From NCBI GenBank assembly GCA_039683575.1, contig JBDKRC010000285.1, forward strand, positions 1 through 19,155: 19,155 bases of DNA, written 5' to 3'. Every line of letters begins with the position of its first letter. The first letter of the stretch is position 1. Positions 9,698 to 18,566 of this stretch are shown here, one piece after another. The translations under genes and the position numbers were made by a program. Under the pieces are notes generated by a model. It saw only the letters and a list, made by a program, of their open reading frames with translations. It ran no database searches and was not told the origin of the DNA. The stretch is from Armatimonadia bacterium. GTDB lineage: Bacteria; Armatimonadota; Zipacnadia; Zipacnadales; UBA11051.

Positions 9698-10240
9698 TTA
9701 CGCCTTGACGAACGGCATTCCCATCAGCTCCAACAGCGCCCGCGCCTCTTCGTCATTCTTCGCCGTCGTCACGATCGTGATGGACATCCCCCGCTGCCGC
9801 TCGATGTCATCGTACCCGAGTTCCGGGAAGATGAGCTGGTCGTCCAGCCCGAACGAGTAGTTCCCACGACCATCAAACGCGTTTCGGGATACTCCGCGGA
9901 AGTCGCGGATACGGGGCAGCGCGATGCTCAGCACCCGGTCCATGAACTCCCACATCCGCTCGCCGCGCAAGGTCACCCGGCAACCAATCGGCATATCCTT
10001 GCGGATGCTAAACGCTGAAACCGACTTCTTGGCCCGCGTGATGACCGCCTTCTGCCCCACGATCGTGGTCAGCTCACGCACCGCGGCGTCAAGCGTATCG
10101 GTGTTCTCACGCGCCTGGCCAACGCCCATGTTCACGGAGATCTTCTCCAGACGCGGGGCTTCCCACACGTTCTTGAACCCGAAGCGCTCCATCAGCGCCG
10201 GCAATATCTCTGATTCGTATCTGTCTTTCAACCTGGGCAT
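9698..10240 (-). CDS. rplE: 50S ribosomal protein uL5
   Basis: [40 protein letters not shown]. Confidence 0.98.
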   Translation of the reverse strand: MPRLKDRYESEILPALMERFGFKNVWEAPRLEKISVNMGVGQARENTDTLDAAVRELTTIVGQKAVITRAKKSVSAFSIRKDMPIGCRVTLRGERMWEFMDRVLSIALPRIRDFRGVSRNAFDGRGNYSFGLDDQLIFPELGYDDIERQRGMSITIVTTAKNDEEARALLELMGMPFVKA

Positions 10241-10292
10241 GTTCTTATTGCCTTTCCGCCAATACCTGTCTCAAGAGCCACCGCGGTTGCGG

Positions 10293-10637
10293 CTACTCGT
10301 CGACGTCCTTGTGGCACTTGCTGCACACCCGCACGCCCTTGCCTTCACTCGTCCGCCGCCGCGTCACTCGCGTCGGCGCGTCGCAGTTCGGGCAGACCAG
10401 CATCACGTTCGATACGTGGATCGGACCGGGCTGCGTCACGATCCCCGCCTGGCGCATCTGCTGGCTCTGCCGCACGGCCTTCTTGATCAGGTTGATCCCC
10501 TCTACCACCACACGCTGATCATCAGGGCGTACTTCCAGAACCTTACCGCGGCGTACCCGGCCCTTGAACGAGCGGTCCTTACCCGCGATGATGAGCACTT
10601 CGTCTCCGGCCTTGATATTCTGCTTCCGCTTCGGCAT
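10293..10637 (-). CDS. rplX: 50S ribosomal protein uL24
   Basis: KOW motif GDEVLIIAGKD, VVVEGIN, PIHVSNV. Confidence 0.97.
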   Translation of the reverse strand: MPKRKQNIKAGDEVLIIAGKDRSFKGRVRRGKVLEVRPDDQRVVVEGINLIKKAVRQSQQMRQAGIVTQPGPIHVSNVMLVCPNCDAPTRVTRRRTSEGKGVRVCSKCHKDVDE

Positions 10638-10682
10638 TGTTATCGCTCCAACTATCCTGATCCTGATCCCGGCGCGGCCAAC

Positions 10683-11051
10683 CTATACTACCTCAGGTGC
10701 CAGCGAGACGATCTTCATGTATTCCCGCTCGCGCAGCTCGCGGGCAACGGGCCCGAACACGCGCGTCGCGCGGGGGTTCTTCTGGTCGTCGATGATGACA
10801 GCGGCGTTGTCGTCGAAGATGATCTGCGTGCCGTCGGGACGCCGCGTCTTCTTCCTGGTCCGCACCACAACCGCCTTGATAACCGTGCCCTTGGGAATCG
10901 GGCTCGAAGACGTTACGGACTTGGTCGAGGCGATGATCTGGTCACCGAGGCCGGCATACCGGTGGTAGCCCCGGCCCACGACCCTGATCATGCCGATCTC
11001 CTGCACACCCGAGTTGTCTGCAACCTTCAGTCTTGACTCTGTCTGTATCAT
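10683..11051 (-). CDS. rplN: 50S ribosomal protein uL14
   Basis: [43 protein letters not shown]. Confidence 0.98.
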   Translation of the reverse strand: MIQTESRLKVADNSGVQEIGMIRVVGRGYHRYAGLGDQIIASTKSVTSSSPIPKGTVIKAVVVRTRKKTRRPDGTQIIFDDNAAVIIDDQKNPRATRVFGPVARELREREYMKIVSLAPEVV

Positions 11052-11116
11052 TGCCTGCTACCTCTAGCGATCTGCCTGCTTCTCAACTCTCCGCAGGGCC
11101 ACCGACCCCACCCCGC

Positions 11117-13204
11117 CTAATCCTCCGCCGCCTCGCGAGCCTTCCGTTCCGCCACAATCCCCTCCGCCAGATGCGACGGCACTTCCTGGTAATGCGAGAA
11201 CTCCATCGTGTAGCTCGCCGCGCCCTGAGACAGTGACCGCAGGTCGGCTGCATACCGCGCCATCTCCGCCAGCGGCACCGAAGCCTTCACTACCACCATG
11301 CCCCCGCCAATTGGCTCGGTCCCTTGGATCTGGCCGCGCCGCCCGGACATGTCACTCATGATATCGCCCATGACGGTCTCGGACACGGTGATCGATGCCA
11401 CCATGATCGGCTCGAGCAATATCGGGTTCGCCTGCTGCAAAGCATTCCTGACCGCGATGCCACCGGCCATACGGAAGGCCTGCTCAGAGCTATCCACCGG
11501 GTGGGAGCTGCCATCGTCCAGGATGACCCGGACGCCAACCACCGGTGCCCCGGCCAGGATGCCCTTCTTGAGCCCGTCCTGCACGCCCTTCTCAACCGCC
11601 GGGATGAAGTTCGTGGGCACCGAGCCACCCTTGACTTCATTTACAAACTCATTCTCATCAACACCAGGCGGCTGCGGCTCCATGCGTACCCACACATCAC
11701 CAAACTGTCCACGACCGCCGGTCTGCTTCTTGTGCCGCCCCTGCACTCGCGTGGACTTGGAGATCGTCTCGCGGTACGGGATCAGCGGGTCGCTCAGATT
11801 GACTTTGACATCAAACCGGTTCGCCAGCCGCTCGGCCAGGATATCAAGATGTAGCGCGCCCATGCCCGATACGATCAGTTCGTTCGTCTCCGCGCTGCGC
11901 TCGTAGTGCAGACCCGCGTCCTCTTCGGCCACACGCGCCAGCGACATCCCGAGCTTGTCTTCGTCCGCGCGGCTCGCAGCGGTCATGGCTGCCGAGTGCA
12001 TCGGCAACGGCTGCGGCGGCTGCGGGTAGACAATCTGTGCCTTCGGATCGCAGAGCGTATCACCGGTGTGTGCGTTCTCCAGCTTCGACACCGCGCCAAG
12101 GTCTCCAGCGACGAGCTCGCTCACGTTCTGCGACTGCTTGCCCTGCATGGTCGCCAGGCCGGAGAGCTTTTCCTTGCTGTTCCGCCGGCTGTTGACCACT
12201 GCCATGTCGCTCATGGCCTTCCCCGACGCTATGCGTAGCAGGTTGATTCGCCCCACGTAGGGGTCGCTCATGGTCTTGAAAATGAACGCTGAGAACGTTT
12301 CGCTAGCGCTGCAGGACCGCGTCTCTTCATCCTCGCTACCGGGCTTTGTGCCCGTCCAGGCCGCACGTGCGTTGGGTGCCGGGCAACTGCTCTTCATGAA
12401 CTCCAGCACACCGCCCAGGCCCTTGGCCACGTATGCATCGGAGCACAGTACCGGCACCATCAGCCCCTGCGCCACCGCCTTCTGCAGGCCCTGCGCCAAC
12501 TCCGCAGCGCTCAACTCGCCAGCTTCCAGATACTTCTCGGTCAATTCATCATCGGTCGCGGCGACCGCGTCTACCAGCGCCTCACGGGCCGCGGACACCT
12601 CGTCCGCCATGTCACCGGGGACCTCCCCGGCCTTGATGTCCTTGCCCTCGCCCGTATAGGCCTTCATTGCTACCAGATCTACCACGCCGGCGAAACTGCC
12701 ACCGCTGCCGATCGGCAACTGTACCGCGACCGCTTCGCAGTCTTTGAGCATTGTGTTCATGCTCTCGACTGCACTGGCGAAATCGGCGTGCTCTTTGGTC
12801 ATCTTGGCGACGAGGCCGACCACCGGAACGCCCATTTCACGTGCTGTGTTGTATACCTTGATCGTGTGGATCTCCACACCCGACTGCGCGTCCACTACCA
12901 TCAGCGCTGCGTCCCCCACCTTCAGCGCGTAAGGCACGTCTGCGAAGAATTCCGCGTATCCGGGGGTATCAACGATATTGATCTTCACGCCGGCGTATTC
13001 GCAGTGGCACAGGGCCGGGGTGATCGTGATCTTACGGCTTACTTCTTCTGGCTCAAAGTCTGCCGTCGAGGTTCCGGCATCAACGCGCCCCAGCCGGTCA
13101 ATTGCTCCGGTGGCGAACAGCAACCCCTCAACCAGGGTAGTCTTGCCCGACCCACGGTGACCGATCAGTACCAGGTTTCGTATTTGCTCCGTAGAAAAGG
13201 CCAC
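11117..13204 (-). CDS. Elongation factor G paralogue (EF-G II / FusA2-type), about 695 aa
   Basis: Five-domain EF-G layout: GHRGSGKTT, EEVSRKITI, DTPGY, GMGALHL, PYRETI, KKQTGGRGQFG, GSSHPVDSS, LLEPIM, RRG, LRSLSQG. The G1 GH..GKT and DTPGY forms match the EF-G II class rather than canonical FusA (AHIDAGKT, DTPGH). GTG start at 13204 with GGAGG SD. Confidence 0.93.
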   Translation of the reverse strand: MAFSTEQIRNLVLIGHRGSGKTTLVEGLLFATGAIDRLGRVDAGTSTADFEPEEVSRKITITPALCHCEYAGVKINIVDTPGYAEFFADVPYALKVGDAALMVVDAQSGVEIHTIKVYNTAREMGVPVVGLVAKMTKEHADFASAVESMNTMLKDCEAVAVQLPIGSGGSFAGVVDLVAMKAYTGEGKDIKAGEVPGDMADEVSAAREALVDAVAATDDELTEKYLEAGELSAAELAQGLQKAVAQGLMVPVLCSDAYVAKGLGGVLEFMKSSCPAPNARAAWTGTKPGSEDEETRSCSASETFSAFIFKTMSDPYVGRINLLRIASGKAMSDMAVVNSRRNSKEKLSGLATMQGKQSQNVSELVAGDLGAVSKLENAHTGDTLCDPKAQIVYPQPPQPLPMHSAAMTAASRADEDKLGMSLARVAEEDAGLHYERSAETNELIVSGMGALHLDILAERLANRFDVKVNLSDPLIPYRETISKSTRVQGRHKKQTGGRGQFGDVWVRMEPQPPGVDENEFVNEVKGGSVPTNFIPAVEKGVQDGLKKGILAGAPVVGVRVILDDGSSHPVDSSEQAFRMAGGIAVRNALQQANPILLEPIMVASITVSETVMGDIMSDMSGRRGQIQGTEPIGGGMVVVKASVPLAEMARYAADLRSLSQGAASYTMEFSHYQEVPSHLAEGIVAERKAREAAED

Positions 13205-13269
13205 TCGGAATCCTCCAAGCCAAATACATGTCACGTAGTCTCAATTGCTGCTGGCTCGCGCCCAGATCC

Positions 13270-13530
13270 CTACCGCGCCCGCTCCACGATCTGCACTACA
13301 CGCCACGACTTGTCCTTACTCAGGGGCCGACACTCCGTGATGATCACGCGATCGCCCTGACGCGCCTCGTTCCCCTCGTCGTGCGCCTTGTACTTGCTGG
13401 TCCGGCGCAATACCCGGCCGTACAGCGGGTGAGGCGTCAGGCGCTGGACTGCGACCACAACGGTCTTGTCCATCTTGTCGCTGACTACCGTTCCCTCGAG
13501 GGTCCGCTTCTGAATCTGCTGGTCACTCAT
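13270..13530 (-). CDS. rpsQ: 30S ribosomal protein uS17
   Basis: [37 protein letters not shown]. Confidence 0.98.
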   Translation of the reverse strand: MSDQQIQKRTLEGTVVSDKMDKTVVVAVQRLTPHPLYGRVLRRTSKYKAHDEGNEARQGDRVIITECRPLSKDKSWRVVQIVERAR

Positions 13531-13531
13531 C

Positions 13532-13750
13532 TTAGATCAACCCTCGCTCAGCCTGGATCGTCCGGATCCGTGCGATTGCCTTGCGGTACTTGCGGACGCG
13601 CTTCGGATCCTCAACCTGCCCCGAAGCCAGTCGGAACCGCAGGTTAAACAGCCCCTCCTGGATGTGGCGCAGCCGCTCTTCGAGCTCTTCCGGCGACGCG
13701 TTGCGAACCTGCTCGACAAAATCGCGGGTGCTTTTGGCATTGTCAGGCAT
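13532..13750 (-). CDS. rpmC: 50S ribosomal protein uL29
   Basis: [12 protein letters not shown]...RKAIARIRT; position between rplP and rpsQ. Confidence 0.95.
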   Translation of the reverse strand: MPDNAKSTRDFVEQVRNASPEELEERLRHIQEGLFNLRFRLASGQVEDPKRVRKYRKAIARIRTIQAERGLI

Positions 13751-14165
13751 TCAGATCATCCTCCCGCGTGATAAATCGGCACTTGATGGGCAGTTTGTGC
13801 ATAGCCAGGCGGATGGCTTCCTTGGCCACTTCGTGCGGTACTCCACCCATTTCGAACATGATCCGGCCGGGCTTTACCACTGCGACGAAGTATTCCGGGG
13901 CTCCCTTGCCCTTACCCTGGCGGGTTTCCGCCGGCTTGCGGGTGACGGGCAGGTCCGGGAAGATCCGGATCCAGACTTTGCCGCCGCGCTGGGCGTAACG
14001 GGTCATGGCGACACGGGCTGACTCGATCTGGCGGCTCGTGATCCATGCTGGCTCCAAAGCCTGCAGGCCATACTCCCCAAAATCAAGGTTGCTGCCGCGA
14101 TAAGCCATGCCGCGCATGTTGCCACGGTGCGACTTGCGATGCTTTTGGCGCTTGGGCATCAACAT
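13743..14165 (-). CDS. rplP: 50S ribosomal protein uL16
   Basis: [37 protein letters not shown]. Confidence 0.98.
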   Translation of the reverse strand: MLMPKRQKHRKSHRGNMRGMAYRGSNLDFGEYGLQALEPAWITSRQIESARVAMTRYAQRGGKVWIRIFPDLPVTRKPAETRQGKGKGAPEYFVAVVKPGRIMFEMGGVPHEVAKEAIRLAMHKLPIKCRFITREDDLNA

Positions 14166-14171
14166 CTCTAA

Positions 14172-15038
14172 CTACTCCTCTGTCTCGGCGGCGGGTGACT
14201 CGGTGTCCTCGTCACCCAGCGCGGCGATCAGCATGTCTTCTTCAGGTGCGGCCATCTCGACGCTTTCAATCTTCGCCGGGGCGGCATCCAACTGCGGGGC
14301 GACCGGGGCAACTGCCTGCGGTTCGACGGCCACCGCAGCCTCGGCTGCCGGAGCGACCTCAACTGCTTCCGCAACCGCGGGACCCTGAGGCTGCGATTCC
14401 TTCTTCGGGGGAAGGATGTCGCCGCGGTAGACCCATACCTTGACGCCGATGTGACCGTAGCCCGTCCGGGCCTCGGCGCGACCATATTCCACGTCAGCGC
14501 GCAGAGTGTGCAGTGGCACGCGCCCCTCGGGGCCAACGGACTCCGAACGTGCGATCTCGGCGCCGCCGAGGCGCCCGCTCACTGCGCAGCGGATACCGCC
14601 CGCTCCGAGCCGCATCGCCCGCTCTACCGCCTGCCGCATCGCGCGCCGGTAAGACACGCGACGCTCGATCTGCCGCGCGATGTTGTCGGCCACAAGCTGG
14701 GCATTGATATCCGGTTCCTTGGTCTCCTCGACGTTGACCCGAACCTTCTGCCCGATCATCTTCTCGAGCCGCTGGCGCAGCACGTCAACGTCACGCCCGC
14801 CCTTACCGATGATGATCCCGGGCTTCGCCGTCGAGATCGTTACCGTGACGGTGTCCGCCGCACGCTCGATGAAAATGTCCGAAATCGAAGCGTTCCGCTG
14901 GTTCTCGGCCACGAAGTTGCGCACGCGGATGTCCTCGATGAGTTGGTCGCGGTATCGCGGCCCCTCAGCGAACCACCGGCTGCGTGCCTCGCGGATCACG
15001 CCCAGTCTAAAACCGTATGGATGTACCTTCTGTCCCAT
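14172..15038 (-). CDS. rpsC: 30S ribosomal protein uS3 with long acidic C-terminal tail
   Basis: [54 protein letters not shown] 15038 with GGAG SD. Confidence 0.98.
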   Translation of the reverse strand: MGQKVHPYGFRLGVIREARSRWFAEGPRYRDQLIEDIRVRNFVAENQRNASISDIFIERAADTVTVTISTAKPGIIIGKGGRDVDVLRQRLEKMIGQKVRVNVEETKEPDINAQLVADNIARQIERRVSYRRAMRQAVERAMRLGAGGIRCAVSGRLGGAEIARSESVGPEGRVPLHTLRADVEYGRAEARTGYGHIGVKVWVYRGDILPPKKESQPQGPAVAEAVEVAPAAEAAVAVEPQAVAPVAPQLDAAPAKIESVEMAAPEEDMLIAALGDEDTESPAAETEE

Positions 15039-15118
15039 TAGTGGGTCACTCCGTACCTTCGTCTTTACGCGAACTTGCTTCTCCAACCCCGCTGGGAAGG
15101 CCCAGTGAAGCCCGTCCC

Positions 15119-15463
15119 CTACTCCTCGGCCCCGTCCGTCATCACAACTGTAATATGGCAGGTCCGCTTCACGTACCGGTCTGCCCGGCCGCGTGCCCTG
15201 GGCATAAGCCGCGCCATCTTCAGCGCGCCGTCAACCATGACCGTCTTAACTGCCAAGTCCTTGACATCCATCTCGTGGTTGTTCTCGGCGTTGGCAACGG
15301 CCGATTCCATGCATAGGCTCAAGGCCTTAGCTGCCGGACTGGATGACACCGCCAGGATCCCGCGCGCCTCGCCCAAAGCCTTCCCGCGCACCAGATCCGC
15401 ATAACGCTTGATCTTGCGGGGACCGAACCGAACATATTTGGCAACTGCTCTTGCTTCCATCAT
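15119..15463 (-). CDS. rplV: 50S ribosomal protein uL22
   Basis: [10 protein letters not shown]...SAVANAENN...PRARGRA...HITVV; AAGGAG SD. Confidence 0.97.
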   Translation of the reverse strand: MMEARAVAKYVRFGPRKIKRYADLVRGKALGEARGILAVSSSPAAKALSLCMESAVANAENNHEMDVKDLAVKTVMVDGALKMARLMPRARGRADRYVKRTCHITVVMTDGAEE

Positions 15464-15569
15464 CCCTGCTCCTTGCAAACGCGCCTATCCCTGGTGGGGC
15501 GACCCGAACGGGCCGATTGGACGGCCTGCAACGTGACCGTGTGCGGTCCGCTGCCTGCCCTCTCGCACT

Positions 15570-15857
15570 CTACCTCTTGCCCGTCGTGCGCTCCGACTTG
15601 CCCCCGCGCATTCCGCGGAACGTCCGCGTCGGCGCAAACTCGCCAAGCTTGTGACCGACCATGTTCTCGGTGATCAGAATGGGCACATGCTTGCGCCCGT
15701 CGTGAACCGCCAGCGTGTGGCCGAGCATCTCGGGGAAGATGGTCGAGCGTCGCGACCAAGTGCGGATCATCCGCTTCTCCCCGCTGTCGTTCATGGCCTG
15801 GACCTTGGCCAGCAGCTTTACGTCTGCGAAAGGTCCTTTTTTGATTGATCGGGACAT
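15570..15857 (-). CDS. rpsS: 30S ribosomal protein uS19
   Basis: [40 protein letters not shown]. Confidence 0.98.
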   Translation of the reverse strand: MSRSIKKGPFADVKLLAKVQAMNDSGEKRMIRTWSRRSTIFPEMLGHTLAVHDGRKHVPILITENMVGHKLGEFAPTRTFRGMRGGKSERTTGKR

Positions 15858-15910
15858 CCGATAACCTCCGGAATACCTGCCTGGAAGGGCCGCGTCGGCC
15901 CCCCACTAAA

Positions 15911-16741
15911 CTACTTTGCGGTCCGCTTGCGAACGATGTACTTGCTCGATGCCTTCCGCACGCTCCGCGTCTTCTTGCCCAGCGTCTTCTTGCCCCATGG
16001 CGACCGCGGGCTGTCCAGACCGATCGGTGCCTTGCCCTCGCCACCACCATGCGGATGGTCCTTCGGGTTCATGACAACTCCGCGCACCGTCGGCCGCACA
16101 CCGAGCCACCGCGTCCGCCCAGCCTTCGCGTTCCGCACATTGCCATGATCTACGTTACCGACCCGTCCCATCGTCGCCCGGCACTTCTGCGATACCATGC
16201 GCATCTCACCCGAGGGGAGCCGCACTGTCGCGTAGTTGCCTTCCTTGGCTACAAGCTGCGCCTCGGCGCCGGCACTGCGAACCATCTGGCCGCCGCGTCC
16301 GGGGGTCAACTCGATGTTGTGGATGGTGCTACCAAGAGGGATGCGCTCCAGCGACAGGCAGTTACCCATCCGGGCCGGTGCGCCCTCGCCGGACTGCACC
16401 ATGTCGCCCTTGGCCAACCCCAGCGGCGCCAGGATATAGCGCTTCTCGCCATCGAGATAGTGCAGCAGGGCGATGTTCGCCGAACGGCCGGGATCGTACT
16501 CGATCGCCGCAACCTTGGCCGGCACGCCGTCCTTGTTGCGCTTGAAGTCAATGTCGCGCACAAGCTTGCGGTGTCCGCCGCCCTGGTGCCGGACAGTGAT
16601 CTTGCCGGTGTTGTTGCGACCCGCGGCCCGCCTCTTGCGGAAGCGTAGCGCCTTCTCGGGCTTCTTGTTGTCTACCTCGCGCACCACGGTCGTCAACGAC
16701 CGTTGCCCCGCAGAAGTCGGTTTGTATTCCTTAAGAGCCAT
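15911..16741 (-). CDS. rplB: 50S ribosomal protein uL2
   Basis: [44 protein letters not shown]. Confidence 0.98.
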   Translation of the reverse strand: MALKEYKPTSAGQRSLTTVVREVDNKKPEKALRFRKRRAAGRNNTGKITVRHQGGGHRKLVRDIDFKRNKDGVPAKVAAIEYDPGRSANIALLHYLDGEKRYILAPLGLAKGDMVQSGEGAPARMGNCLSLERIPLGSTIHNIELTPGRGGQMVRSAGAEAQLVAKEGNYATVRLPSGEMRMVSQKCRATMGRVGNVDHGNVRNAKAGRTRWLGVRPTVRGVVMNPKDHPHGGGEGKAPIGLDSPRSPWGKKTLGKKTRSVRKASSKYIVRKRTAK

Positions 16742-16859
16742 GTTCACCTACTCCTTGCTGATAGCGGCGTCCTGTCTGCTACTGCGCGTCCGGGTTACTT
16801 CCCCGGCAATCCGTTCTGCGGTAGCTTGGCTCGTACAGTCGCCACGCCAGCCGGTAGAC

Positions 16860-17180
16860 CTAGAGTCCACCCTCGAGAATGTCGATACTTGATCCCGGAG
16901 CCAACGTCACGATGGCTTTCTTCCACCGCGCCGTCTTGCCTACCCGGTACTTGTAGCTTCGCCGTCGCGCCTTGCCCTGCACGTTCATGGTGTGAACAGC
17001 GAGCACTCGGACGTTGAAGATGGCCTCGACGGCCTGACCGATCTGGATTTTGTTCGCGCGGGGATCAACCTTGAACGAGTACTTGTTCGCCTCGGCGGAC
17101 TCCCGCATGCTCTTTTCCGTCACCAGGGGGCGCAGAATTATCGCCCGGTGGTCGATTGGACCGGCAATGCCCTTAAGCAT
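16860..17180 (-). CDS. rplW: 50S ribosomal protein uL23
   Basis: [28 protein letters not shown]. Confidence 0.97.
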   Translation of the reverse strand: MLKGIAGPIDHRAIILRPLVTEKSMRESAEANKYSFKVDPRANKIQIGQAVEAIFNVRVLAVHTMNVQGKARRRSYKYRVGKTARWKKAIVTLAPGSSIDILEGGL

Positions 17181-17823
17181 CAGCGGAGCCTCCTCCCGTC
17201 AGGGCCGCCAAGCCGGCCTGGGTAAAGATAATATAGTCGGCCCATAGCGCGTCACGGGTGTTCAGATGCGGCGACTCCCGCAGCACCACGCCCGGCAGGT
17301 TACGCGCACTCTTATAGTTGTTGTCGTCTATGGCCTCGTCGCGCGAACCCATGATCAGGACCCGGCCCTGAACATGCATCCCGTCAAGCAGCGCGACCAT
17401 GTCCTTAGTCTTGGGCTGCTCGAGAGCGAGACCCTCGATCACCAGAACCTTGCCACGCCTGGCCAAGGTCGACAGTGCGCTGTAAAGAGCCGCCTGTCGG
17501 GCCTTCTTGGGCATCACTAGGACCCTGCGGTCGCCCTGAGGCGGGAACGCCGCGCCACCACCGACGAAGACCGGTGCGGAACGTGCGCCGTGCCGCGCGC
17601 GCCCGAGCCCCTTCTGGCGGTACATCTTCGCTGTGGTCATCGAGACTTCGCCACGGGACTTGGCCCGGCCGGCCTTGCGGTTCCGGTGCGCGTCAACGAC
17701 CATGACCGCCTGGTGCACCAAGTCGCGGTTCAGCGCCGCGCCGAACACGGTCGCGGCTACCTCGAGCTGACCCACCTTGTGACCTGAGTTATCATAAAGC
17801 GCTAGCTGCGGCATAGAACTCAT
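17173..17823 (-). CDS. rplD: 50S ribosomal protein uL4
   Basis: [26 protein letters not shown]. Alternative start at 17814. Confidence 0.96.
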   Translation of the reverse strand: MSSMPQLALYDNSGHKVGQLEVAATVFGAALNRDLVHQAVMVVDAHRNRKAGRAKSRGEVSMTTAKMYRQKGLGRARHGARSAPVFVGGGAAFPPQGDRRVLVMPKKARQAALYSALSTLARRGKVLVIEGLALEQPKTKDMVALLDGMHVQGRVLIMGSRDEAIDDNNYKSARNLPGVVLRESPHLNTRDALWADYIIFTQAGLAALTGGGSADA

Positions 17824-18458
17824 CCCTTCGCAACATCCTGGGGCCGGTAGATGGCCAGCAGGCCGCCGTTGGCCCCCGGCACCGCACCCTTGATCAGCAG
17901 CAGGTTCCGCTCCGTGTCCACGTCGACAACGGTCAGACCCTTGGTCGTTACCGTCTCGGCGCCCATGTGGCCAGGACTGCGCTTGCCGGGAAATACCCGA
18001 GCGGCGTCCGTCGCCCCAGCCGACATCGGCTTGCGGTGGATCTTCGAAGCACCATGCTCCATCGGGCCACCTACAAAGTGATGCCGCTTCATGCCGCCAG
18101 CGAATCCCTTACCCTTTGAGGTGCCCTGGATGGTTACCGTATCGCCCTTGGCGAAGACATCAACCTTGATCTCAGACCCAGCCTCCAGCTCGTTCACGCC
18201 CTGCAGGCGGAACTCCCGCAGGTACCGCTTAGGCGTGATACCCTTCGACTGGAAGTGCCCCATCAACGGCTGGTTGGTGCGATTGCGCTTGCGCTCTTCA
18301 AACCCCACCTGGACAGCGGCGTAGCCGTCCTTCTCCGCGCTCTTGCACTGCACTACAACACAGGGCCCGGCCTCGACGACGGTGACGGGCACTACCCGGC
18401 CCTGGTCGTCGAATATGCGCGTCATTCCGATTTTCTTGCCCAAAATTGCTGCTGGCAT
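17820..18458 (-). CDS. rplC: 50S ribosomal protein uL3
   Basis: ILGKKIGMT, DGYAAVQVG, GTSKGKGFAG, GHMG, KGAVPG. ATG 18458 (GGTGA SD) or 18470. Confidence 0.97.
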   Translation of the reverse strand: MPAAILGKKIGMTRIFDDQGRVVPVTVVEAGPCVVVQCKSAEKDGYAAVQVGFEERKRNRTNQPLMGHFQSKGITPKRYLREFRLQGVNELEAGSEIKVDVFAKGDTVTIQGTSKGKGFAGGMKRHHFVGGPMEHGASKIHRKPMSAGATDAARVFPGKRSPGHMGAETVTTKGLTVVDVDTERNLLLIKGAVPGANGGLLAIYRPQDVAKG

Positions 18459-18566
18459 CTCTGTCACCATTCATCGGCTGTGGGAGCACGAGCTATTATA
18501 CTCGCCTCTTCGACCTCACTCGCGTAGCTGGGCTCTGTGCGAACCAACTACTCGGCACGGTCTGAA

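Noticed and set aside
10651-10668. Short tandem GGATCA-GGATCA-GGATA in the rplN-rplX spacer
   Set aside because: Too short to distinguish from slippage or chance; not CRISPR-like.
9924-11036. Long plus-strand ORFs (370 aa here; also 4300-5349, 15845-16648, 2128-2853)
   Set aside because: Antisense shadows of conserved GC-rich genes, with no recognisable motifs.
11117-13204. EF-G-like gene as a TetM/TetO ribosomal protection protein or mobile insertion
   Set aside because: It has EF-G-type domain IV loops (QTGGRGQ, HPVDSS), EF-G length and an EF-G II-type P-loop. There are no flanking repeats or mobility genes and no obvious composition shift.
15460-16050. 196-aa minus-strand ORF overlapping rplB/rpsS in another frame
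   Set aside because: Arg-rich alternative-frame artefact with no motifs.
18495-18500. Perfect TATAAT on the minus strand upstream of rplC
   Set aside because: No credible -35 or extended TG, and it sits in a small hairpin loop; not enough to call a promoter.
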